A stretch of 62,744 nucleotides of DNA, counting the filler, from Basidioascus undulatus (lineage: Eukaryota): NCBI GenBank assembly GCA_000826855.1. It is 4 parts of 4 records of this genome, joined end to end, with 100 filler letters (N's around TTAATTAATTAA, not from the genome) between each part and the next. Parts side by side here need not be neighbours in the genome. Positions count along the whole stretch, not along the records: positions 15,727 to 31,341 come from JTLS01000634.1; positions 31,442 to 47,043 come from JTLS01000635.1; 2 more parts are not named here. One strand, 5' to 3'. The position numbers were made by a program, and so were the translations under genes. A model generated the notes under the pieces. That model saw only the letters and a program-made list of their open reading frames with translations, did no database searches and had not been told where the DNA came from. Shown here one piece after another: positions 24,448 to 35,200 of the stretch (the first letter of the stretch is position 1; each line of letters begins with the position of its first letter).

Positions 24448-26085
24448 TCATCCAGCGCGCAAAGTATCACAAACATACTTCACACCGCGACCCCAAACCT
24501 CCTCGCAAACGCCCTCGCCTCGTCCCCACTCGCCGGGAGCGACATCGCGGGCTGGCTGCCTGTCCCGTGCACGAGCTTCCAGACATCCTTGCACTCCGGA
24601 TCGGCGGAGAACCAGCCCAGCGAGCCGTCCGGGAGGTAGCTCGCCAGGAGGGACGCCCATGCGCGGAGGCGCCGCTCGTCCGAGACCCGGTGCGAACGGG
24701 CGGTCTTGGAGGCGGGTCGAAGAGGAAGGGGGGTGGGTGCAAACGCAGAGAGGGGCTAGGTCCTTGTCTGCCAGCCAGAGATCGGAGATGGGCAGGTCGT
24801 CGAGCTTCTGAAGGATGTACGACTGGGGTGGTCGAAAGGAGAAGAATGTGAGAACGTCGAAGGGAGCCGAAGAATCTGTGTCAGCGCACGCACATCGTCA
24901 TCTGCCAGCGGGTCAAAATCTTTGAAGTCGTGCCCCGAGATGGAGTGCGAGCGATGGATGTTCGGGATGCAGTTGCCCAAAATGTAGTCAAATTGGGAAA
25001 ACGGAATGAGGAGCGTGTGCACGGTATCGAGAAGATGGGTGTCGACGTTGTCCGGGTCCGCACCGGAGAGGACCATCCGGCGGAGACACGACGGCGGCGG
25101 GCCGGAGAAGAGTGCGGGGACGTGCGCGTAGTAGCAGGCGAGGTTCGTCAGATTGAGATTGGGTGGGGGCGGGCGCTTCTTGCGCAAGGCTAGGCGCGCG
25201 CAATGTCTAGGTTCGTGAGGCTCGGCCAGCGCGAAAGGAAGTCGAAGAACTCGTGGGGAGCGTGTATCCGCCCAGCGAGAGGTGACGAGCTTCGGCCAGG
25301 ATGGTCCGGGAGACCCTTCGCCCTCTTCCGCAGTGCGGCGGGAGATGAGGTTCTTGAACAGGTGGTCCCAGATCGTCATCTCGAGGAACCAGTCCGGCTC
25401 GCGGACGGTGATGCGCACATCGCGAAGCGTCGGTGGGCATTTGACGAGTATGTCCTGCGCGCAGGAGATGACCTTCGGGAGGTTGTACATGAGGTCGAGG
25501 ATGTGAAGCGTCGAAAGACACCTGGACGACAGGAGGGGGAGGTCTTTCGGCCAAGTCCGAAACGACGGGAGGACGCGACGCTGGTGCGGGAAGCGAGCGT
25601 TTCGCGCGGGAGCTTCGCCGCCGGGTCCGGGTCGGGGAGGATGCGGAGCGTGTCGATGCGAACGAGCCATTGCGCGTACATGAGAGCGCGCCAGAGCCGG
25701 AAGTAGGGTGCGACCTCCTCCATCTCGGGCACGAGAATCACAAGCTCTTGGCGAGGAATACCGTGGCTGGGAACGTGAGGGTCTCAGAGGTGGGCTCGGG
25801 GAGAAGCCGGACAATCAGTTCCCATGACTGAACGAGGAGGCCGAGGTCGAGCCGGGCCCTGATCGTCCGCTCGAGAAGCGGCTGATTCGCGTTGGGAACG
25901 AGGTGCGAGCAAGAGTAGAGACATTTGTTTACGATCGAGTGTATGTGCTGCGAGGCGAGCGCCAAGGAAAGCAGAGATGCGGGCGCTGCGAAACCCGCGA
26001 TGAGGTCGAGAAGCTCGGGCGCGAGCGAAGGAAGTCGGTCTGTCCGCGCAAAGATTTCAGGTTCAGCGCTTCCGTCGCGGCGCAT
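24448..26085 (-). pseudogene. F-box/LRR(RNI)-like gene with apparent frameshifts
   Basis: N-terminal LPSLAPELLDLIAGF..LLSLALASQHIHSIVNKCLY is F-box-like. Coding character switches frame near 25780 and 25620 with no usable intron. Confidence 0.55.
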
Positions 26086-26511
26086 ATGAGGACGGACCTG
26101 GTAGAGGAGTCCCCATCACTACGCGAGAGCGAGGCGGCCGAGAAGATGTGGTGGTGGTCGAGAAGCAAGGTGTCCGGAGCGAGAATAGGCGCACCGTAGC
26201 ACTTGGGATTCTCAAAGATCACCGACTCGGATGTCGGTCAAATTACACATTTGAGGGGGTTTGTCGTCTGTTCTGTTTCTTTAAAAATATCCCCTTTTTG
26301 TTTAACCATGTACTTGAATATGTCAACGAGAGATGGCGCTCCAACGCGTAGTGCGCGCCCATTCCTCCTCTTCACCCGGTTCCGCACTCGCCACTCGCCT
26401 CGCCTCTTTCCCCCTCTCGCCCTTTGGCTCTCTTCCGCAAACCACCATCTCCTTCACTTGCATATTGCTTACCTCCCCAGATCTCGGCCTTACCGACCAT
26501 CTCGAGGCGCG

Positions 26512-27036
26512 GTGCCCGACCGCACTGCATCTTTCTCCCGGGTGAGGCCTCTGCGCACTCTGTTTTTTCTTCCTCCTCGGCAGTGCCTCTGCGCACATGC
26601 CTTCTTTTTTCCTTCTCGGTCTCTAGACCACTATGGTTGATGATTTTTAGGCGGGTGCCTCTGCGCACTTCGTCCTACATGTACTTCCCTTGAAGTGCCT
26701 CTGCGCACGAAGTAGGCTGAGTTTCTCCCTGGCGCTTCAGCGCACCATTTCGTTCTTTCTATCCCGGTGCCGCCCCGGCACTTGATTTTCGATAATTGCT
26801 GTTCATCTCTTCTATTTACTGGTGGCACCTCGGCCCAATCGCCTTTCCTTCGGGTGCTCCTACGTCTCCGCTGCGAGCGGCCGTCAAGACTTTCTTTCGA
26901 TCGTCCCTGCACCGTCAATTACGCCTCCAGTTCGTCTCCGTAGTGTGAACCATGCCTGCTTCTGGGGTGCCTCTGTGCACTTCGTCGTTCTCCCTCTCAG
27001 GTGCGTCCGCGCAGCATTTGCGGTGCCTCAGTGCAC
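26512..27036. repeat. Diverged array of about 36-bp period with palindromic core GTGCCTCTGCGCAC
   Basis: Cores at 26512, 26545, 26583, 26655, 26695, 26732, 26767, 26967, 27001 and 27023; three are exact (26583, 26655, 26695). Spacers are pyrimidine-rich. Confidence 0.8.
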
Positions 27037-27094
27037 ACGATTCACTTTCTCAGAACCTTCTCTCCCGTCCCCTGCAGTTCCACACCAGAAAAGC

Positions 27095-27930
27095 AGGTGG
27101 CGCAGACTTTTCTACCCTCAAAATCAAGACCCAGCCGGTTGCTCGCGGCAGCCAGCCCTCCAGTCTGGTAAGTAAACCCGGGTGCAGTGGCGATCGAGTC
27201 TCATGTTCCCTCATCTTCAGTTACTCCCGGTCTCGCAGGATGGTCGTACTGGATCCGCACGACACAAACGGCAGAAATTGGGTCATTGCAGCCTCAACAA
27301 CAACAACGTTGTTTCTCACAGAAGCAGCGCCGTCCCTCCCGCCCTCTCGGGCGTTCTCATGCGCCCTCCCTCGGATCTCATCCGGGAACCCATCTTCCGG
27401 ACCTCCGTCGACGTCAGTCTTGCGCATAATAGTAAACCAGCAAAACAAAGTAGATCTTGGCGCCCATGGCGATGCATCGTGCACGTCAGCCGTGACACGC
27501 ATGTCGGGATAGGAACTCGTGATCCCTTCGCCAGCGTTGTCGACGCTGTCCACCCTCCGAGGCTACGAGGCTCCGGCTCTTGAGCGCGTCATCCTTCCCC
27601 TTACTCATGCAAACTGCACTGATTTCCATTCCCCTGAAAACACCAACAATAACGAGCAGGGATCCAGTGAATACATTCTTGTTCCCAAGTTGAACAAGCA
27701 TCGCACCCTGGAGAATGCTGCCCGCTCACCCTGAACCACACCGCAGCACGCGACTGCAAACTCTGAGTCTGTTACATTGCCCGCGCGGCGCCGCGCACCG
27801 GACGTCGCCGGAAATGGGCTCCGAGATTCGGCGTGCCGCATTCGGACATCTTTCCACTCACAGCTGGTTGCATGCATTGCTCGCATTTTTTCGGACGAGT
27901 AAGGGACAATTCGGGTCATTGGGCATTATG
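27095..27930 (+). pseudogene. Possible degenerate coding relic
   Basis: A single frame continues through in-frame stops (..TRMSG*ELVIPSPALSTL..NAARSP*TTPQ..), with an intron-like gtaagt...cttcag near 27168-27220. No family recognised. Confidence 0.25.
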
Positions 27931-28114
27931 CATTGGTGTCAACACCGTTCGTCGTAGGGTGGGTAATGTGGGTGATCCGTCGGGTGAAATGCAAGGTATC
28001 AACAGGAGGGATACGCAAGGTGTGGGTTGGTAGCAGACAGCGGGACTAATGGGTGCGCCTGGGGGAGGGGGGCATGGAGGGCATAGGAGGCATGCAAGGA
28101 GGGCAGGCGGGGGA

Positions 28115-29259
28115 TCATCCGAGTGCCTGAGGTTTTACGCGGGTATGCGAATGGCAGTGGAAGATCGGTGCCCAAGCGGGGGGCGTCTGGAGCTGGGGGC
28201 TTGAGCCGGGGCTCGAGTCGGCAGTAGACAGCGCAGGGGAGGGGTACGTCTCCTCGTCCGCAGGGGACGGCGGGGATGCGGGCGGAGCGGGGCGCTTGAA
28301 TGGGCTCGCGTGCGGGGAGTGCGCGGGCGTGGGGAGGCCGTGGGCGGTGCGGACCGCGGGAGGGGAGCAGGAGAGTTTGGAGAGCGAGGGTGGGGAGGGG
28401 GACTTGGGGGCGCGCGGCGAGGGGGAGGTGAGCGAGGAGCGCACGCGCGCCATGAACTTGTCCAGCTCCGGTTGGGCGCACGAGACGTGGTAGTCGACGT
28501 AGGTGAACATCTCGCGCTCCATCTGAAAAGGGGGCGAGGGGTGTCAGGGGAAAGGAAGGAGGCAGAGGGAGAGGATGTTGGCAGGGAGATGGAAGGGGAG
28601 GGGAGAGGGACGGACCTGATTGATTTCCGCTAGGGGGAAGAGGTTTTGGCCGACGATTACCCAGGACTTGTTGGAGTACGTGTCGTCGCAGACGACTGTG
28701 GCCGGGAGTGGCAGGGTCAGCGACTGACGACGGTAGGGGGTAGGTGCAAGGAGGGGGGACGAACCTTTAGAAGAGATCATAAGCGCAGAGATGAACAGTC
28801 TGTGGCCGCTGCTACCGCGTGCTTGACTGCATGGCAGTGGAAGGAAAGGGGGAGAGATGTGAGACTCTGCCCCTTGCGCCCCTGTGCCTCGCCTTGCGCA
28901 GACTCGACTCACGGGAACCGCTTCTTGAGCCTATGGAGAAGCAGGAGCGCGCTCCACGTAACCTGCTCCGGCAACCTTGTGCGATGCAAGCAGTACGCGA
29001 CGAACTCCGCAAGTGCGGGCTTGGCGCCGCCCGCGCCCGCGGCGTCGAGGAGGGTGGGCGGGCAGTCGAACAGGCGCTGGATGAACGCCGCGCAGAGGTG
29101 CGCCGTGGTCCGGTGGCCGTAGTACTTGTCTGTGCTTGAGGGGCGCATGGGGGACGCGGTCGAGGAGGACGAGCGGCGGGCGGACTTGCGAGGGTGGGAG
29201 TGCGAGCAGGACGAGGAGCAGGGGGAGGGGGTGGCAGAGGGGGTCGAGGTGGATGCCAT
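28115..29259 (-). CDS. Pho85-type cyclin (Pcl/Clg1-like)
   Basis: LAEFVAYCLHRTRL..SALLLLHRLKKRFP.ARGSSGHRLFISALMISSKVVCDDTYSNKSW.IVGQ.LF.L.EINQMEREM forms the cyclin box. Confidence 0.88.
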
Positions 29260-29365
29260 GGGGAGATGCGGAGTATGGGTGTGGGGGCGATTAGTGGTGT
29301 TGTTGACGGGCGTGGGTGTCGTTAAATTTGGGTATAATTCTGGAGGATGGTGGTATACGTCGGTC

Positions 29366-29400
29366 GGAGAGAGACTGGGAGAGAGACTGGGAGAGAGACG
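29366..29400. repeat. 12-bp tandem repeat (GGAGAGAGACTG, about 3 copies) upstream of the cyclin
   Basis: Directly visible in the sequence. Confidence 0.8.
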
Positions 29401-30433
29401 AAGACAAACAGAGCGTCAGCGTCGAAGCAGCGAGAGATGGAGGCGAGCTAGCGAATGCGCGAAAACAGCCGGCGGTAGCTCGCCGCTCGCACGCTCGTTC
29501 TTGTTCGGATCTCCGCCCTTAATGCGCTTTTTTCTCCCTCCGCGCCGCTCCCGATTAGGGAAAACAGGTCCAAACATGCAGTCCGAACCGTCCCAGGACT
29601 GCGGCAGAATGCCCACAAAGGGGGTGCCCGCTTAGCGAGCGAGGAGCGAGTGCGCGAGAAGTCACACCCACCGGTCCGTCTCCACCGGCCCTGACATGTG
29701 AAGATGGAACGCGAGCGAGCGAAAAACACGCACGATGGATTTATGCGCGAAAGTGCGCTTTTGCGTTCGTCGGGGAATGAGGAGAATGCAGAGAGAGATG
29801 AGAATGCAGGTACTGTGTTGGAGATAAAAGAGTGTGCTTACGGTAAATGAGGGGAGAGAGATAGAGATATAGGTGAAGGAGGTGATGGTGATGGTTCGGG
29901 AGGGAAGGGGAGGCCACAAAAGGGGCAGCCGCGAGGGGGTCGGTTTCGTTCGTCCCTCCGTCGGTGCCTGGCAGTCCACTTAGCATCTCCCGGAGTACCC
30001 AAAATAATTCAAATCAAAGACTTATAATTCCTCAAACATATTGCATCAGAGGGACAGTGACTGCCGTCGGCCGTCGCGACGTTTGAGAAACAACCCAGCT
30101 GCGGTAATCCGCTATCAACGCCGAGGTGCAGGAAAGTCCACCGTGGAGCAATCAAATTCCAGGACCATTGAGGCTTAAAGCAAAGTGCATATACAGGAGT
30201 ACATTCTGGGTCTATTCTGACTGACATCTCTATGGGCTCGCATGGGCGGAACTGGAAGTTTGGACGTTGGGCAAAGCGTGCGAGCATGGGTCGGGTGTGT
30301 CTCAAGCGACAGCTCGTCAGTTCACGCACATGGATATACTCCAGAATTCTTATATTACATTGACTGAACCCGAAGATTCACGACTCTTTCCCCTCACCCA
30401 CCACAACTACCACCAATACACTTCACTATTTAC

Positions 30434-31115
30434 TTACTCCGGGTAAGGATCGTACGTGCGCTTGACAAATTTCGACATCTGTCCGTCACTGTCGCGTTCG
30501 ATGTAGAAGGTGCCACCGGTGCGGCAGAGGTAGAGCCTAGGACAGGCAGTTGCATGCAAACGTGCGCTGTATCCGTCGGTGAATCCCTTGATCAACACGA
30601 AGATCTTCTGGAGGTTAGGCAAAGCGCCGAGTCCTTGGGCAATGCGCTTAATGATAAGGGATGTGTAAGTGGACAAAGGTTTGGCCAGAGCACTGGAAGA
30701 GTACGCACATGTAAATGAATGTGAGGCAGGCGGGAGGACCCATGCGAATGCCAGGCATAGCGAAGGAACGCAGCCGCGGGAGGCGCTCGGATACGTTGCT
30801 CAGGAACTCGACCGCTATGTCCTCTACATTGGCCAAAAAAAAAACAAGATGCTCGAGGCTGTTGGGTAGCAAACGGAACAGGTCAGACCAGTCGGTATCG
30901 AACTTGTCTCCCTCAATGGCCATCGCGTCGGGCCAAGTGACCAGTTTGAGCAGCTGCGGCGGTGACAGAGAGGTTCCAAGAATTGAGACAGCAACGAACA
31001 GTGGGGCCTGCAAGCGCGTAAGATGCGAAAGGAGACGTGGTGACGTACCCAAAGCCCAGTAGTTGACAAACCGTCGGGTGGTTCTCCAGGAAAAGAGGCG
31101 AGGGAGCGAGTACAT
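30434..31115 (-). CDS. LRR/RNI-like (F-box-type) protein, 5' part likely beyond the contig end
   Basis: Leu-rich repeats LPNSLEHLVF, LPRLRSFAM and LPNLQKIFV, separated by an intron-like segment near 30670-30715. Confidence 0.45.
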
Positions 31116-31341
31116 GACGAGCTGTTGTAACGACGGCCTACAGCTGAGACAGCACGTTGGGTAGGGAAAAGGCAGCCTGCATCGGATGGCCGCTGTTTGA
31201 ATTCAACTCAACTGCGGATCTTTGTGCAACCAACAATCAGCTTGCGCGCAATCGGCTGGAAGTCCCGGTTGTCTAACGGGGTAGATCCAAGTCAGAACAG
31301 ATGCTGACGCCCGACGTTCAGGTACACTGGTAAGCGATTGT

Positions 31342-31441
31342 NNNNNNNNNNNNNNNNNNNNNNNNNNNNNNNNNNNNNNNNNNNNTTAATTAATTAANNN
31401 NNNNNNNNNNNNNNNNNNNNNNNNNNNNNNNNNNNNNNNNN
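31342..31441. other. Artificial contig spacer
   Basis: 44 N + TTAATTAATTAA + 44 N. Confidence 0.98.
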
Positions 31442-31443
31442 CC

Positions 31444-31722
31444 TCCACTCCCTCCTCCCCAACCCCGTCAATCCTCTCCATCTCCTCCCACACCACCGCC
31501 GGCCCTCAACTGGCCCTCTCCGCCGCGCTCCTCCGCGCGCTCCTCCGCGCGCCCGGGCATGCGCTTAGCTTGGCAGACGCGAAGGAGGAGTTGGGAAAGT
31601 TGGCAGGGGAGAAGCGGTGGGAGGCGGAGATGGGGACTAAGGCGATTTATGCGGTTGTGGCGAAGCGGACGGTGCGGATTGATAGGACTGTGCCTGGGGG
31701 GGTGTTGCGGTTCCAGGTTTAG
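31444..31722 (+). CDS. 3' fragment of a hypothetical protein
   Basis: Open frame from contig start: ..LALSAALLRALLRAPGHALSLADAKEEL..GTKAIYAVVAKRTVRIDRTVPGGVLRFQV*. Confidence 0.6.
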   Translation, partial: STPSSPTPSILSISSHTTAGPQLALSAALLRALLRAPGHALSLADAKEELGKLAGEKRWEAEMGTKAIYAVVAKRTVRIDRTVPGGVLRFQV

Positions 31723-32094
31723 AAGGGGGAGAGGGGAGATGTATTGGATATGGAATTAGCTCGCTCGTGTGGCTTAAAGCGGTTTGTACTTTTGAATGAA
31801 AGAATGCGTTTGCGCTGACTCGCAATCCACTACCATCACCCGTCATGCTTTTCCGTCGCCGGTCTCGACCTCGATGCGTGGTCTGGGGAGCCGAGCAAGC
31901 TGCCTTCCCTTTCAACACACGCAGTCTAGTACTGTGCCGGGGGGGTTTCGCTCTTGGCCTGGCATGTTTTTTAAGTATTAGTTCTTCGCGCTTTTATTAT
32001 CACCAGAGTCACCATCACCTGCGTTTGCCTGCATCGTAGTTGTTTCCGAGCACGCTGGGACTTTCATGTCACGCTGCTGACTCAGCGCACTTCG

Positions 32095-32111
32095 ACGCGT
32101 CCTGCGACGCG
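32095..32111. promoter_or_regulatory. Possible MCB (ACGCGT/ACGCG) pair upstream of SMC1
   Basis: ACGCGT at 32095-32100 and ACGCG at 32107-32111, about 140 bp upstream of the start. Cohesin genes are G1/S-regulated in yeasts, but the motif is common in GC-rich DNA. Confidence 0.3.
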
Positions 32112-32239
32112 CCGCCCCTTGCAACCCCTGCCTTGCCGTGCATCTACTTGCCCTCAACCTCGTCCTCATCTCCCCGGTCCTTTGGCTTCTTCACTTCTGA
32201 CAAGAAGAGGGGAGTGCACCCACATACGCTTTAATCGCC

Positions 32240-35200
32240 ATGTGAGTGCTTAGTGGGGATGATATTGATGAGCGGGAGTTGACTCTGCGCCCGCAGGCCG
32301 CTCACTTCGCTCGAGCTGTGCGACTTCAAGTCGTACCGGGGCCACCAGAAGATCGGGCCCTTCAGTGCCTTCACCTGTATAGTTGGTTCCAACGGCGGTG
32401 TACGTCTCCCATCCCCTCCCATCCCCTCGTCAGAACCCATTTGCATCGATCACTGACCCCCGCCGCAGGGCAAGTCCAACCTCCTCGACGCAGTCGCCTT
32501 CGTCCTCGGCGTGCGCTCGGCGCACCTCCGCTCCGCGCAGCTGCGCGAGCTCATCTACCGGGGGCGGAAAGTAGGGCGGCTAGAGGGGGAGGAGACGCAG
32601 GACGGCGAGGCGGAGGGCGCGGGCGCGGGCGAGGGCGATGCGGAAAGGGCATGGGTCATGGCGGTTTATGAGGATGATACCGGGAAGGAGTACCGGTTCC
32701 AGAGGACGTGAGTTTTTCGTTGGGGATGAGGAAGATGGTGATGGTGGGGTATGGGGTGGTTAATGCTGATGGGGACGGGGATGGGGACAGAATCACCTTG
32801 ACTGGGTCGAGCGAGTACCGCCTGAACGGGAAGGTTGTGCCCTACTCCAAGTACAACGAGGTGCTGGAGGAGCAGAACATCCTCGTGAAAGCCAAAAACT
32901 TCCTCGTCTTCCAAGTGCGTTCCTCCCCTTGCTTACAGCATCTTCGCCCACCCCACCCAGCGCTCACACCTGCTTGCTTGCTGCAGGGCGACGTCGAAGC
33001 CGTCGCCTCGCAGTCGCCCCTGGCGCTCTCGCACCTGATCGACCAGATCTCGGGCTCGCTTGAGCTCAAGGATGCGTACGACGCGGCGCGCGCGGCGCAG
33101 GACCGCGCGAACGACATCTCCGTCGGGCAGGGCACGAAGCGCCGCACGATCAACGCCGAGATCAAGCAATTCAAGGAGCAGAAGGTGGAGGCGGAGCGGT
33201 TCGGGCGGCTGCAGGAGGAGCGGGTGCGTTGCGTGCATTCGCACTTGTCGGAAAGGGGCGGGACGGCTTATTGAGGGGAGGAGCGCAGGACCAAGCTGTT
33301 TTGCAGCACCTGCTTTGGAAGCTCTACCACATCGAGCAGGGCATCGCTACCAAATCGTCGCTCGTTACCGCCAAGAACGAGGATCTCGCGGACTTGCGGA
33401 GACAGACGGCGAGTCGCTTTTCATCCATCTGACAGACGTTTCCTAGCTCAGACTTGGGCTGGCGCGGCTTTCCCAGGCGGAGCACGACAAGGAGGTCAAA
33501 GCCGCGCGGAAGGAGCATGCGAAGGCGCACAAGGATGTGCTCAAGGGCGACAAGGCCATCAAGAAGAAGCAGAAGGAGGCGGAAGACAAGGTGCGCTCTC
33601 CCCGTTCCTGCCTTACTGCTGTGGTGCGGGAAAGGTGTTGATCGTTTTTGTGGGGTCTAGAAACCCCGCATGGTTGAGCTCGAGGCCAAGATCCAGCACT
33701 CGGAGACGAAGCTCGCCAAGGGCTCCCACACCGTCACGACCGTCGAGGCCGATGTGGAGACGGCGCAGGCGACTGTTGCTCGGCGCGAGGAGGAGCTGAA
33801 GAAGGTCGAGAAGGCCGCGAGGAATGCTCAAGGTCTGCACCATCTCGTCCATTGCGCTGCATCAAGTTTTGCTGACTGTGGTTTTCCCGACAGACGAGGC
33901 TCGTAAGCTCGCGGAGTCCAAGGGGATGTCACTCTCGCAGGCCGACCTAACCGAGTACCGGAGCCTGTGCGCCTCTCCATCTCTTCACTCCTCCACCACT
34001 CGCTGACCATCTTCTTCTTTCCACCCACAGCAAGTCCCAAGCCTCCACCCTCGCGCCCGAAGCGCGGCAGAAGCTCGACAGCCTGCGGCGCGACGAGCGC
34101 GCCGCGCGCGCGACGCTCGAGGCCGCGCGGGAGAAGCTGCACGTGCTCGAGGGCCGCCGGCAGCGGCTGGCGGGCGAGAACGCGAAGGGCAGCGCACAGG
34201 TCGCTGAGGTGCATTGGTGTGGTGGGTGTTGATGGAGCCGAGTGGATGGTACTGACGGACGGTGGGGTGGGACAGCTCGAGGAGAAGGTCGATAATATCA
34301 AGGCGGAGCTGGCGAGCACTAAGGCGGAGCTGGACAAGATCCAGAGCGAGCGGAGCAGGATCACGTACGCCCGCCCGGTCCTGTTGTGCTTTGCTAGGTG
34401 GTTGCTGATCAACGGGATGGTGGGCTAGGCAACTCGAGACCGAGAAGAACGAGAAGCTCCAGGACGTGCTCAACCAGCTCGCCACCGCGTCCTCGGACGT
34501 CCGCGAGTCCGAGCGCGAGGCCAAGTTCCGCGAAACGCTCGACAACCTCAAGCGCCTCTTCCCCGGTGAGCTCGCTGTTAGTGTCTGTCCGCGTTGGGCA
34601 ATGTATGCTGAGCGGTGGAGCATCAGGCGTCCACGGGCGCGTCCTCGACCTCTGCAAGCCGACGCAGACGAAGTACCAGACCGCCGTCGCTACCGTCCTC
34701 GGGCGGAACGTGGACGGCGTCGTCGTGGACGAGGAGTCCGTCGCGATCCAGTGCATCGAGGTGCGCGCGCTGGCCTCCCTCCCTCCACTCACCATCGATC
34801 TTCCCTAACCGCTCCTTGGCAACCTGCACGCAGTACATGAAAACCCAGCGCGCGGGCACAGCGACGTTCCTCCCGCTCGACACGCTGCAGGTCAAGCCCG
34901 TGCAGGACCGGTACCGCTCGTTCGCCAAGGGCGCGCGCCTCGCGGTCGACGTCATCCAGTACGACGCGGCCGTCGAGCGCGCGATGCACTTTGCGTGCGG
35001 GTCGGCGCTCGTATGTGATACGATGAACGTCGCCAGGGACATTGTGTATAATCGCGGGCAGGAGATCAAGGGTTCGTTCTCTTTCTTTTCGTTGCGAGAC
35101 GGTCTGAAGGCTTGTGTGGGGAAGCTGATGATCGAGGAGGGAATAGCGGTAACGCTTGATGGGACGGTCATCCACAAGAGCGGGTTAATCACCGGTGGTC

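Noticed and set aside
26552..26708. Metal-response elements (TGCRCNC) within the array
   Set aside because: The match is real, but that consensus belongs to animal MTF-1 and no metal-homeostasis gene is adjacent.
26512..27036. CRISPR array
   Set aside because: Eukaryotic context, a 14-bp degenerate core, low-complexity mutually similar spacers and no cas genes.
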